From IMG/VR virus record IMGVR_UViG_3300028888_000001: DNA of 64,000 nucleotides, one strand, 5' to 3'. The stretch is from a virus. Lineage: Duplodnaviria > Caudoviricetes. The first letter of the stretch is position 1, and each line of letters opens with the position of its first letter. This document shows, in pieces, positions 40,927 to 50,935 of this stretch. The position numbers were made by a program, and so were the translations under genes. The notes under the pieces are model-generated. The model worked only from the letters and a program-made list of their open reading frames with translations. It ran no database searches and was not told where the DNA came from.

Positions 40927-42750
40927 TTAGTCATTAAGATCTGTCAGATAATCACTAGTAACAATATCAATACCGAGTGAAAACCATTCTTTGACATTGC
41001 TAGCACTATTAACAGAGTATACGCTACAAAACATGCCGGCTTTATGAATAGTATCGATCAGTTCATGCGTTATACCGGCTCCAATATATCTATCAAAATC
41101 GATACCCCAATTATCAATTTTTGAACCTTTTACGTAGTTTATTACTTTGTTTGCGTCATCGACCGAAGCGACTACTTGCATCGTTGGTGCTTTTGTTATT
41201 CTCCTAAGAGTATCAGAACGCATCGTATCGCCGATGAACATATAATCACTATCGCAAAAACCATACTCATTGAGGATCGATACTATTTCTTTTACTTGTT
41301 CAACCGATGGTCTGATCTTCCATTCGATCAATGGAACACAGTTATAGGTTTTACAAATTTGTAAGTATTCTTGAAACGTTAGAATTTTTTGATCTGATAT
41401 GACACCAGTAGTCTGATTTACGTAATACAATTCCTTGATCTGAGCGAGCGTTAACGCGCTTACGTTGCCGGTACCGTTCGTAAGAGTATCAACTGATATG
41501 TCGTGGAAGCAGACCCATTTATTATCAAAAGTCAATCTTATATCTGTTTCTATAGCCCATGCCTTATTAATTCCGGCTGTTCTGAATGATAACTCACAGT
41601 TTCCTATCGGTTGTGAATCTGATCTCATGCCTTGATGCATTGCAAATTTAATCCTGCCATTATTCCACCATGGTAATTTATTAAATAATGTTACAGATAT
41701 TTCATCTTTCAAAGCATAATCGGTTCCAGACTTGTACGGAATAAAAGGTTTTACATAATTACTCTGTCGTAGTTGAAATTTCCTTATATGCCATGTATTT
41801 CCACCTGAACCACTTGCAGCCGCAATCGACACCTTACTTATAGTTTTATTTATATTACTTGTAAGACTAATTTCAGTCCACGATGAAGCACTATTTTCGA
41901 TGTATTTCGACATCGTACTTTCGTCGGTATAATCAAAATATATTCTAAATCCATTGCCGGTTTGAGTAGTTTCTCCGTCAGTGTATCCCTCAAACGAAAT
42001 CGTCCAAACTTGATTTTCCGAAAAAATATTTTCTAATATGGTCTTAGCGGGAATCGAATTGGAAAGACCATGGTATACATAAAATCCGTCTACTAACTCT
42101 TTTGTCCATCCTCCAAAATCAAGAAGAAAATCTTCGTCGAGTACATTTCCTGTGAATTTTGTTGTCTGTTGGATCAAATCGTTTGTATTTTTTGCCATTT
42201 TTCTTGCAATTTCATCGACGTACACAAACGACGGAGTAAAAGAAGATTCAACAGTCCCCTTATTCATCATTATATTTTTAAGGTAAAAGTTGTTATTTGT
42301 AAACGATCCAGCCTGAAAATAAATGCCTATAATGGTTTTATTAGCAGTAGATGTATACACGGTATGTGTATAAACACTTGCTCCGTTACCAAGACTTGTA
42401 CGCGAAGCAGTATTATCGGAATATACAAAGCCAATATACAATCCGCTCCCTGTTGTTCCAGCAGCGCCATCGCATAAATAATCTAACGATAACGTATATC
42501 TAGTATTAATTTCTCCATTGAATTGCATTGGCGAAGCCTGCGGGAAGCCTTTTTGGGCACGTAATGCTTGCGTTTTTACAGATCCATCACTTTGGAGCAC
42601 GAAAATATTCTCATTAACTAATGTCAAAAATGGGAAAAGATTTGTATCACTTTTTTCTGTCGATATGACCATATTCCCATTATAAGTGCTCTTTAAGTCA
42701 TCAAAAGACTGTGTTAAATCTTCCTTTAAATCTTCAAAATCGTTAGAAAG
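40927..42750 (-). CDS. Glycerophosphodiester phosphodiesterase cassette with N-terminal carbohydrate-binding-like domains (no clear native start)
   Basis: AMHQG, ETDIRLT.D...VCFHD, IEWK motifs; frame stays open 78 nt upstream of the listed ATG to the repeat site (LSNDFEDLKEDL). Confidence 0.8.
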   Translation of the reverse strand, partial: LSNDFEDLKEDLTQSFDDLKSTYNGNMVISTEKSDTNLFPFLTLVNENIFVLQSDGSVKTQALRAQKGFPQASPMQFNGEINTRYTLSLDYLCDGAAGTTGSGLYIGFVYSDNTASRTSLGNGASVYTHTVYTSTANKTIIGIYFQAGSFTNNNFYLKNIMMNKGTVESSFTPSFVYVDEIARKMAKNTNDLIQQTTKFTGNVLDEDFLLDFGGWTKELVDGFYVYHGLSNSIPAKTILENIFSENQVWTISFEGYTDGETTQTGNGFRIYFDYTDESTMSKYIENSASSWTEISLTSNINKTISKVSIAAASGSGGNTWHIRKFQLRQSNYVKPFIPYKSGTDYALKDEISVTLFNKLPWWNNGRIKFAMHQGMRSDSQPIGNCELSFRTAGINKAWAIETDIRLTFDNKWVCFHDISVDTLTNGTGNVSALTLAQIKELYYVNQTTGVISDQKILTFQEYLQICKTYNCVPLIEWKIRPSVEQVKEIVSILNEYGFCDSDYMFIGDTMRSDTLRRITKAPTMQVVASVDDANKVINYVKGSKIDNWGIDFDRYIGAGITHELIDTIHKAGMFCSVYSVNSASNVKEWFSLGIDIVTSDYLTDLND

Positions 42751-42824
42751 TGAATTAGGCTTACGCCTAATTCTATTATTTTTTGATTAATGACGTATTT
42801 TTCATTTGATCTTTCTAACGATTT
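42737..42824. repeat. Perfect 14-bp inverted repeat CTTTCTAACGATTT, candidate recombination sites
   Basis: 42737-42750 and 42811-42824; both in frame (LSND) with the divergent cassettes; internal hairpin 42752-42773. Confidence 0.8.
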
Positions 42825-44331
42825 AATAGATATAAATGAAGAATTACATCAAAATTTTCCTACATATGGTAATTTATTCACATTAGAAAATTTTACTGAA
42901 AAGAAAATTATTCTTAATGGAGAAATAACCACAAATGGTACTTCAGATGCTTACGGATATTCAGATTATATTCCGGTTATAAAAGGTAAAACGTATTATG
43001 TAAGTCATTGTTTATCAGCTCCAGGGGCATTATATGATAAAAATAAAAATTATATAAAAAATATATACACAAAACCAAGTAATATTAAATATGGAAATCC
43101 GATTACATTTGTCTGCGAAGCTTCTGGTTTTGTAAGATTAAATGTTGAACTAAAACATTTAAATTATTATGTATTTTGTGAAGGTACAGAGCCAACCAAT
43201 ATACTCCCTAGAAGAAAAATATATCATCCTGATTTATTAATAGATTCTTCGCAGATTAGCGATTATGAATTTGAAATTGAGCATGGTAATCTTTTTAATA
43301 GCAATACCGTATCTGAACTTGGCTATTATATAAATAAAAGCGGTAATATACAAGAATTAGAAAACTATGTGTATTCTGATTATATTCCAGTTAAAGCCAA
43401 TACACAATATATAATATATTTATGCCTTACCTCCCCAGGGGCAATATATAATACAGAAAAACAATATATAGGTCAAATACCTAACGATACAGCAACACAT
43501 GATTTTGTTTTTTCAGCACCAATAAATGGATATATCAGAATTAATATTCATAAAAATAATATCCACATATTTACAGTATATGAAAAAAATTATCAAAACA
43601 ATATACCATATGGTATGTTATTAATTAAAAATTTGATGATAGAAACATCACAGATTAGCGATTTTAATTATACAGTATCCAATAGTGTTTGGAAAAATAA
43701 AACCATTAGTATATTTGGTGATAGTAGAACATGGTATCATAGTAAAAGTTATAACGATAAAACAAAAACAGAGTGGAAAGATAAAGTATGTGTAGGATTT
43801 CAATATTATATGGAAAATATTTTACATTGTAATATTGATTCTCAAGGAGTTTCTGGCGACACATCAGTACAAATTTGTGAGCGCATTAAAGCATATGATT
43901 TTTCTAATACAGATGCTATCCTTATTGAAGGTGGTGTTAATGATTTTATAAAATCATCGTCTGTAACTATTGGTCAAATTCAACCAATATCTAGCAATTT
44001 TGATACTAATACAGTGTATGGTGCATATCAAAGCGCTATAGAATATTTGCTACAAAATTATCCAACTTTATTAATTTATATGGACATACCAGCTATAGCT
44101 TGGTCGTCTGCTGGAGTTTTCCCGTATGATATAGCAAAAATTAAGAGTGAAATAGCGCAATTATATAATTTACCATATATTGATTTATATAAAAAGTTAG
44201 GTATTAATGAGTTAAATAGGGATTATTACTATTGCGATGATGTTGAACAAACTAATTGGCGATTACATTTTAATGATTATGGTAATGAATTAATAGGAAC
44301 AAAGATAGCACAATTTATAAACACATATTAA
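42790..44331 (+). CDS. SGNH/GDSL esterase cassette with two tandem N-terminal beta domains
   Basis: FGDS, GVSG, GGVND and C-terminal LHFN blocks; duplicated YSDYIPV..CL..PGA.Y unit; no RBS. Confidence 0.8.
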   Translation: MTYFSFDLSNDLIDINEELHQNFPTYGNLFTLENFTEKKIILNGEITTNGTSDAYGYSDYIPVIKGKTYYVSHCLSAPGALYDKNKNYIKNIYTKPSNIKYGNPITFVCEASGFVRLNVELKHLNYYVFCEGTEPTNILPRRKIYHPDLLIDSSQISDYEFEIEHGNLFNSNTVSELGYYINKSGNIQELENYVYSDYIPVKANTQYIIYLCLTSPGAIYNTEKQYIGQIPNDTATHDFVFSAPINGYIRINIHKNNIHIFTVYEKNYQNNIPYGMLLIKNLMIETSQISDFNYTVSNSVWKNKTISIFGDSRTWYHSKSYNDKTKTEWKDKVCVGFQYYMENILHCNIDSQGVSGDTSVQICERIKAYDFSNTDAILIEGGVNDFIKSSSVTIGQIQPISSNFDTNTVYGAYQSAIEYLLQNYPTLLIYMDIPAIAWSSAGVFPYDIAKIKSEIAQLYNLPYIDLYKKLGINELNRDYYYCDDVEQTNWRLHFNDYGNELIGTKIAQFINTY

Positions 44332-44391
44332 ATCTTAATTCATTTGTATATTATATTAATAAGAATATACTCTTAAGGAGGTTTCTTATTA

Positions 44392-45417
44392 ATGTATAAC
44401 GATTTTAAAAATGAATTCATATCAGATTTACAGACATTAAATCTTAATTTAACGAAAGATCAAATGAATAAAATATTAGCGGTGCTTGACGGCACCGCTA
44501 ATAATTATGACATTTTAAATCGTGCTAGTGTAAATAGACAGAAAATGACAAATGGTATTCCACAATCTGTATACGACTATATTCAGTGCAAAAAAGCAGA
44601 AGGCCTTTCTAATGATACGCTTTATATCTATAGAATCATGCTTGAAATATTCTTTAGGGCTGTACAAAAACCGCCTGAATATATTGAAGCTCAAGATATC
44701 ATGAATTTTCTAAGGGACTACCAAATACAAAATAATATATCTAATCGTACATTAGATAAATACAGACAGTATATATCTTGCTATTTTGTCTTTATACATG
44801 ACTATGGATATATCTCTAGAAATCCATCACGTCAGGTTAAGAAAATAAAATATGAAACCAAGCCCCAAGCCATTCTTACAGAATATGAAACTGAGCTTAT
44901 TAGAGGCGCATGTAGATCAAAAAGAGAAATAGCAATAATAGAATTCTTTTTATCTACAGCTTGTCGTGTTGGTGAATTAGTTAAAGTAAAAATTTCTGAT
45001 ATAAATTGGGATACTGATGAGGTATTATTATTTGGTAAGGGCTCTAAATATGGCGTTTCATTCATAACTCCAAGATGTAGATATGCATTAGAACAGTACT
45101 TAAATTATAGAAAGCTAATCAACCCAAATGAAAATTCAGAATATCTATTTATACGGGAACGGTATCCATATACGTGCTTAACCGTCAGAGGTGTTCAAGA
45201 TATTATAGAACGATTGATGAGTCGTATTTCTGAAGTGCATAAACGTATAACACCTCATTCATACCGTAGAGCTACAAGCACTAATGCATATCTTAACGGT
45301 ATGGATCTTGAAGACATTAGAGGATGGTTAAGACATTCTGATATAAGGACTACAGAAATATATGTAAAGAATTCAACGACTCATATTCACGGAGAACATA
45401 GAAGATTTGTTCATTAA
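44392..45417 (+). CDS. Tyrosine recombinase (XerD/integrase family)
   Basis: Catalytic R (TACRVGE), K (GKG), HSYRR, LRHS, Y (TTEIY); N-terminal SAM-like domain. Confidence 0.92.
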   Translation: MYNDFKNEFISDLQTLNLNLTKDQMNKILAVLDGTANNYDILNRASVNRQKMTNGIPQSVYDYIQCKKAEGLSNDTLYIYRIMLEIFFRAVQKPPEYIEAQDIMNFLRDYQIQNNISNRTLDKYRQYISCYFVFIHDYGYISRNPSRQVKKIKYETKPQAILTEYETELIRGACRSKREIAIIEFFLSTACRVGELVKVKISDINWDTDEVLLFGKGSKYGVSFITPRCRYALEQYLNYRKLINPNENSEYLFIRERYPYTCLTVRGVQDIIERLMSRISEVHKRITPHSYRRATSTNAYLNGMDLEDIRGWLRHSDIRTTEIYVKNSTTHIHGEHRRFVH

Positions 45418-45427
45418 AAATAAAACA

Positions 45428-45453
45428 CCCCATAGGGATTGCTCCCTATGGGG
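45428..45453. terminator. Bidirectional terminator between recombinase and tail genes
   Basis: CCCCATAGGGA-TTGC-TCCCTATGGGG between convergent genes; similar hairpins near 5592, 12202, 14959, 24194, 29150, 33068, 39971, 49788. Confidence 0.75.
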
Positions 45454-45483
45454 TTATATTTCATCTTAATATTATTTTTTATA

Positions 45484-46575
45484 TTACGGATTGGTAGTGT
45501 TAATTGGATTACCATCACCGTTGGTATCATCAGAAATATACATAGGCGTACTATTGCTATAAGTCTGAGTATTATCACTAGCACTAAAGCTCGGATATTT
45601 AGACTTATCGGAATCAGATACACCATAATTAGTAAGAGTCTTGGTGATGATATCTGTGCCGCTATAGTTAAAGTCGTTGCTGTTGATGATAATCTGACGA
45701 GCGCCAGCATCTGTGCTAAGCAGGAAGCTAAGAATGTCTTGAGCAGCCATATCGATATATCTAGACTGTACTGGATAACCGCTAAACTTAACTGTAACTT
45801 CTTTCTTCTGGATATCGCCCTTGGTGTAGTTATACATAGAAGTATCTGCACTATTGAGCTGGCATCCAATTAACAGATAAGCAGACTCTACCTTACGCAT
45901 GGTATTGTCAGTAGCGATGAACAAGAATGTGAAAACTTCATGCTCAAAGCCTGGCTCCATGATACCGCTATGAATAAGTCCATGATAAGACTTAACCTGA
46001 GTACGAGGATCTTTAATACCAGACAGATAAAGCTTAGCAAACTTGGTAAGCGGAGAACCAGATTTCTCGTCATATGTAAGGCTAAATTCAGAAGCACTCT
46101 GCATATTAACCTTAGAAATTACATTAAGGCTATTCAGATCGTCACCTAGCGTAATTACTTCGGCTGACATATCTTCAAGCCCTTCAAAGCTCTTAAACTC
46201 ATACTCAACAATATGAGCCCAGTTACGTACAAGTTTTTCATAGCTTTGGTTTTTCTTTACAAGACGCTCAATGAATTCTGGCATCTGGCAAATGATAAAT
46301 GCAGCGTAACCAGTTTCATATGGATTAAACTGAACGAGCTGTCCAAAATCAGGAACGCCACGCATCAGCCTATAACTTGTTACATCGTTAAAAGACTTAG
46401 TGTATTCATAATAATCGTTAACAAGACCACTTGTGTTTGGATTATTAGCTAGTGTTGTATCCGTAGACTTACTAACAGATGAACGTCTAGTTGTAGATAT
46501 TTTCGTGTTAGATCTACCGTTACCATTTACGCCACTAACAGCACTGTTCTGATCAGTCGTTGTAAATTTTGGCAT
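45484..46575 (-). CDS. Probable tail tube protein
   Basis: Directly downstream of sheath gene; beta-rich tube-like pattern. Confidence 0.6.
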   Translation of the reverse strand: MPKFTTTDQNSAVSGVNGNGRSNTKISTTRRSSVSKSTDTTLANNPNTSGLVNDYYEYTKSFNDVTSYRLMRGVPDFGQLVQFNPYETGYAAFIICQMPEFIERLVKKNQSYEKLVRNWAHIVEYEFKSFEGLEDMSAEVITLGDDLNSLNVISKVNMQSASEFSLTYDEKSGSPLTKFAKLYLSGIKDPRTQVKSYHGLIHSGIMEPGFEHEVFTFLFIATDNTMRKVESAYLLIGCQLNSADTSMYNYTKGDIQKKEVTVKFSGYPVQSRYIDMAAQDILSFLLSTDAGARQIIINSNDFNYSGTDIITKTLTNYGVSDSDKSKYPSFSASDNTQTYSNSTPMYISDDTNGDGNPINTTNP

Positions 46576-46595
46576 TATATGTCACCCTCCTTTCT

Positions 46596-48473
46596 TTAAG
46601 ATATTGCAATTACTCTAAAGTACTCTTCCTGAACGAAGTTACGGAATTGTACAATGATAGTTGCATAGAAGATATTATTGCTCTCGTAAGCCTCATCTGC
46701 CATGTAGCGAATAGAAACACTCTTAAACATGGTAGAATATTGGTTAACGATATACTGAGCGTCGCGGATGTACTCTTCAAGATCATCCCCATCCAGGAAG
46801 GTATATCTAGTTCTCGGGCAACGTGTGCGAATAGCACGAATAAGATCCTGAACAAGCATAATATTGCTAAGATAGGTAAGCTGAGTATATTCTTCAGCGT
46901 TGCAGTACATGGTTTCAAGTACTGGCATACCATCATAGTAATTCAGATAGTTGATATTATTATCAACAAGCTGCTGCTTCTGATCTTCATCAGGAGTTAC
47001 TACAGGAGTAAAGTTGATTGTTCCTGTGATGATTTCTGGGAAATACATGTCATTTGCAACACCAGCAAATGGACGCCCAATTCCGGTAGAAATATATTGA
47101 ACTAATCTCTTAGCAAGCAAGAATGGCATAGATACCGTAATTTCTTTCTTGGTGTAAGGATTAATCATGTTGAAGTAGTTATGATAGATAGCTACATAAC
47201 GAGAGCTATTGATATTACCAGCATTAGCAATAATATCACCAAGAGACTCGAACTTATTAGCTGTAGTATCACACAGGTCAGCTAAGAATACGCAATCTCC
47301 ACGGAACTCGCAAAGATCGATAACAGCATTCTTAACGTCCCAGCTATACATACAGTCAATAACGCATGTCGGCTTGAAATAATCGAGATCGTAAATTACA
47401 GGATCATACTGCTGAGATGTACGATCTTTACCGAATGCACCCTTTAACAGCTCATTGTATGCAGCTTGATTTTGCCATGGTGCAGAGCCGATTGATCCAT
47501 TAGATCCATTAGCAAGAGGAATCATAGAACCGTTAAGACTATAGAATTCTGTGATATCACTTGGCTTATTTGCTACCCACGGATCGGAAGTATCTTCATC
47601 TGCAGGATCACCGGTAATAACTCCGCCAAGTGTAACACCTCTGCGGTCACAGCCATTTACAAAGTCAAAGTTAATAAGAGTAAGAGCGCTGGCTCTGTAT
47701 GTATTAGCACCATTTGTATATGTAGCCTTAGTTGCAAGCTTCTTAACCAGTGCATAAATAGAATCCTCAAACATTCTAACCTGAATCTGGTTAGAGTTTG
47801 CATTAAGCTTATAGCTGATGCTCTGAGAAATACTATCAATAACAAGATCAGGATTCATGCAGAACTTGATAGTCTCAATAATTTCCTGATTCTCCCATAC
47901 TTCAAAGTTATAACGGATATAAGAAGAAGTACGGCTGGTAGAATATTCAGGTACGATACGAACGAAAAGATTAGAAGCACCGCGACCAGATGCTGTAATA
48001 GTAAACAGCGGGAAGTCTTCGATGCTGTCAATGTCGTTCTCAGGATCAAATTCACCAAAGTCGCCATAGCCAGCTTCAGCAGCATCATGAATATTGCCAA
48101 CATTTACAGCAGAAGCGGTGTATACGTACAGATAGTATCCATCATCTCCGCCATCTACAACACGTATTTTAACGGTAGTATTTGCAAGAGTAGCATCATC
48201 TGCCACCATACGTTTCCCAAACACATATCCGCCTAAACGAAGCACTTCGGCTGCTAACAGCTGCGGAATACCATGCTTAGCAAAATTAATGCCGCCCTTA
48301 CGCTGAGAGAACTGAGATAATCCATACATCATCTCCCAGTCCTCGGAGCCTTTATCGGATGTATAAGGAATCATGACTACTACAGCAGGCTCTGATGCCA
48401 CAGAAGACACGATTTCCTGAACTTGAGTCTGATCTACAATATCAAACCTTGATCTAGGATATCCTTTAGGCAT
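46596..48473 (-). CDS. Tail sheath protein
   Basis: C-terminal sheath pattern (PFAG..LVDNNINYL..YLSN..L...I..YTF); late promoter at 48539. Confidence 0.8.
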   Translation of the reverse strand: MPKGYPRSRFDIVDQTQVQEIVSSVASEPAVVVMIPYTSDKGSEDWEMMYGLSQFSQRKGGINFAKHGIPQLLAAEVLRLGGYVFGKRMVADDATLANTTVKIRVVDGGDDGYYLYVYTASAVNVGNIHDAAEAGYGDFGEFDPENDIDSIEDFPLFTITASGRGASNLFVRIVPEYSTSRTSSYIRYNFEVWENQEIIETIKFCMNPDLVIDSISQSISYKLNANSNQIQVRMFEDSIYALVKKLATKATYTNGANTYRASALTLINFDFVNGCDRRGVTLGGVITGDPADEDTSDPWVANKPSDITEFYSLNGSMIPLANGSNGSIGSAPWQNQAAYNELLKGAFGKDRTSQQYDPVIYDLDYFKPTCVIDCMYSWDVKNAVIDLCEFRGDCVFLADLCDTTANKFESLGDIIANAGNINSSRYVAIYHNYFNMINPYTKKEITVSMPFLLAKRLVQYISTGIGRPFAGVANDMYFPEIITGTINFTPVVTPDEDQKQQLVDNNINYLNYYDGMPVLETMYCNAEEYTQLTYLSNIMLVQDLIRAIRTRCPRTRYTFLDGDDLEEYIRDAQYIVNQYSTMFKSVSIRYMADEAYESNNIFYATIIVQFRNFVQEEYFRVIAIS

Positions 48474-48585
48474 ACCTATTTACCTCCTTAAAGATTTTAT
48501 TCTTTATTTACTTATATAAATAAATAAAAGCGTCAAGCTTTATTCATATGTTTATTTAAAGCCATGCACGAAGAAGCAATGCTTA

Positions 48586-49302
48586 TTAATTCATTATAAC
48601 TTTTTCAAGCGGACTTTCAGCATTTCCTGTAGTAGTCATAGCAGCTGCAATAGCCTCATCTGGGTTTTCTGATGTAATAGCAGTGTAAGGTGAAGTGTAT
48701 TTAGGAATATCTGTAATACGGATAAATTTATAATCTAGCATATCTTCCATTTTAGTCATTCTAAATGGCTGAGATAAGTCTTTAGGGTTTCTACATAATT
48801 CTGATATTATCAGTCCCATTATTTGGTTTGATACTTTATAGTTAAAGCCATTCAATTCTGCATTCATTAATAAGTAATCTAATAATTCATTATATGGAAT
48901 ATTATCTGGTAAATTTGCTCTAGTAAGAAGATTGATAAATTTATTCACGTTAGCAATTCCCTTAGGTATAGCCGTGTTTGATAATAATTCATCGCCCTTG
49001 AGGAATTTCAATACTCTATATGAAGTTTTAGCTTTAGTCCCTTCAAGATGAAAATTATTTACCTTATCTATATATGATGGTTTACATTTTATTGTCGTTG
49101 GGCATTTAAACATTTTTATTTTATCTGGCTTACCAGATTTAGAGAATTTACAATAAGAGAATAAGCCTAAAGACTCTACATATTCTCCTATGATAGACGC
49201 TACGTTAAGATCAAAATATTTTTCTGGTATATAATAAATCAATTCTCCTTCATCATTAAACAAGACTTTATTGTCTTCTGTAGTCTTTATATAACTTGCC
49301 AT
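48586..49302 (-). CDS. Possible virion RNA polymerase beta'-like C-terminal piece
   Basis: IMGLIISELCR and SPYTAITSE...AI..A...ESPLEKVI resemble RpoC C-terminal HIEVIVRQM and SFLSAASF..ENVI; late promoter. Confidence 0.5.
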   Translation of the reverse strand: MASYIKTTEDNKVLFNDEGELIYYIPEKYFDLNVASIIGEYVESLGLFSYCKFSKSGKPDKIKMFKCPTTIKCKPSYIDKVNNFHLEGTKAKTSYRVLKFLKGDELLSNTAIPKGIANVNKFINLLTRANLPDNIPYNELLDYLLMNAELNGFNYKVSNQIMGLIISELCRNPKDLSQPFRMTKMEDMLDYKFIRITDIPKYTSPYTAITSENPDEAIAAAMTTTGNAESPLEKVIMN

Positions 49303-49406
49303 TTTTCTATGTACCTCCAAGCAATAATTTAATAAAATGTCGCAGAAAAAAATAAAAAATAATTGACCCCGAAGGGCCGGGGGCTCTTAGACCCCCGGAT
49401 GATAGA

Positions 49407-49655
49407 TTAGTTCTGAGCCTGAGCAGGCTGTACCTGCTGCTGTGCCATCTGCTGCATTTGCTGCGCAGCCAATACCTGCTGGGCCGCCTGGACCATGCTC
49501 TGATCCACTTTCTTCAGCTGGTGGTCAGTATACAGCTTGACGCCTAATGCTCCCACGCCGATACCGGCTGCCGCTGCAACTCCACCTACTAAGTAGGGGT
49601 TAACACCGTTGTTCCTGCTCATGCTCTTGCTCATAGTTGTTCTGCTTTCTGTCAT
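49407..49655 (-). CDS. Small membrane protein with Gln-rich tail
   Basis: Gly/Ala-rich TM segment, poly-Q tail; early promoter, CAAACGA leader, double-hairpin terminator. Confidence 0.75.
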   Translation of the reverse strand: MTESRTTMSKSMSRNNGVNPYLVGGVAAAAGIGVGALGVKLYTDHQLKKVDQSMVQAAQQVLAAQQMQQMAQQQVQPAQAQN

Positions 49656-49816
49656 TTCAATTCTCCTTTCGCCCGCTCGTTTGGCGGGACTTACACATAA
49701 TTAATAGTATTGAATGATAAGTATTTCTACTCTCATTCACTTCTATAATATATAATCATCTAATTAGACTTTTACAAAAATTATACAGGGTGGATAACTC
49801 CACCCTGTATATATTA

Positions 49817-50920
49817 TTATGGATTCTGAGGATCGTCAGCATTATCAGACATAGTTTCAAGCTTATTTAATATAGCATCAGTCTTTTCTTTGATTGTCTT
49901 AATATTCTGGCTAGCACTAGCAGATTCTTCATCAAGAAACTGATTATACAGATAATCAATCTTATCACTATATGGCATATTACCAAGCTTTTCAATAACT
50001 TGAGAGAATCTTGTATTGGCATCATTTGAATGATTTGTTATAGCGCTTAGAACAGTATCTTTCGCTGTATTGGTATTAGCATTAACACTTCCTACAGCAG
50101 AAATGATATTATTATTTACACTAGTTCCAGCCTCGTTAATTTTAGTAATAATATTATCAAATGGAGTTGTATCATCAAGCTTAGATATAATATAAGCCAA
50201 TTTTTGAGTTGGGTCTAATTCATTAAGCTTATCTATGATATCATCTGTATCTGTTGCTAAATTATGAATAATAATATCCAGCTTAGAATTAAAGTCTGGC
50301 ATCATATTAAGTATTATATTTAACTTTTCAGAATCAGACATTTCTTCTACATCCACTGTGGGAGGAATATAGTTTTCATCATCCTCTGGGACTTCTTCTA
50401 TAGCTCTTATTGAAGCTATAAAGATTTTTCTTTTGTCAGATTTTCCAGCTACAGAACAATCCATGCCTATCCAAGCTGTAGCGACTGTCTCGTTAAATTG
50501 TCCGATGTATCTAGTGCACGTATCTGGAATACTAGAATCGATAATCTTCAATATACCGTTAGCTACTTTAAGACCGCCCTCGGTGGTATATGTAATAGCA
50601 TACTGTTTTCCGATTTCTAATACGATATCAGTATCGTCTTCTTCTTTTAGAGCATATAGCTTAATGCGTAACGATCTAAAAGCAAGAGTTTCGATATTTA
50701 CTATACGGCTAGCGATCTCACTTCTAACAATCTGACCTTCAGCTGGATCTACAGGAGTTTGAGGTACATAAAGATGTCCATCGTCAAAAAATTCAAGATC
50801 TGAAATAAATCTTCTAGGCGGTCTTCTATGATACCAGCTTGAATTATAATAAGCTGGATATGGTTGTATGAACACATTTCCATACATATAATGACCGTCC
50901 CTTACATAAGGTCCAGGCAT
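49817..50920 (-). CDS. Hypothetical protein (probably structural)
   Basis: GGAGG RBS; third gene of late operon. Confidence 0.8.
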   Translation of the reverse strand: MPGPYVRDGHYMYGNVFIQPYPAYYNSSWYHRRPPRRFISDLEFFDDGHLYVPQTPVDPAEGQIVRSEIASRIVNIETLAFRSLRIKLYALKEEDDTDIVLEIGKQYAITYTTEGGLKVANGILKIIDSSIPDTCTRYIGQFNETVATAWIGMDCSVAGKSDKRKIFIASIRAIEEVPEDDENYIPPTVDVEEMSDSEKLNIILNMMPDFNSKLDIIIHNLATDTDDIIDKLNELDPTQKLAYIISKLDDTTPFDNIITKINEAGTSVNNNIISAVGSVNANTNTAKDTVLSAITNHSNDANTRFSQVIEKLGNMPYSDKIDYLYNQFLDEESASASQNIKTIKEKTDAILNKLETMSDNADDPQNP

Positions 50921-50935
50921 AGTTTAATTACCTCC

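Noticed and set aside
44606-44617. CTTTCTAATGAT inside the recombinase as a third recombination site
   Set aside because: Only a partial match, within a normal coding helix; likely chance
44392-45417. Prophage integrase implying lysogeny
   Set aside because: No att site, host junction or repressor visible; context points to the adjacent cassettes
45414-48103. Many overlapping 60-180 aa ORFs on the opposite strand or frame of the tail genes, and similar ORFs elsewhere in the track
   Set aside because: Shadow ORFs of strongly codon-biased genes; no RBS or motifs
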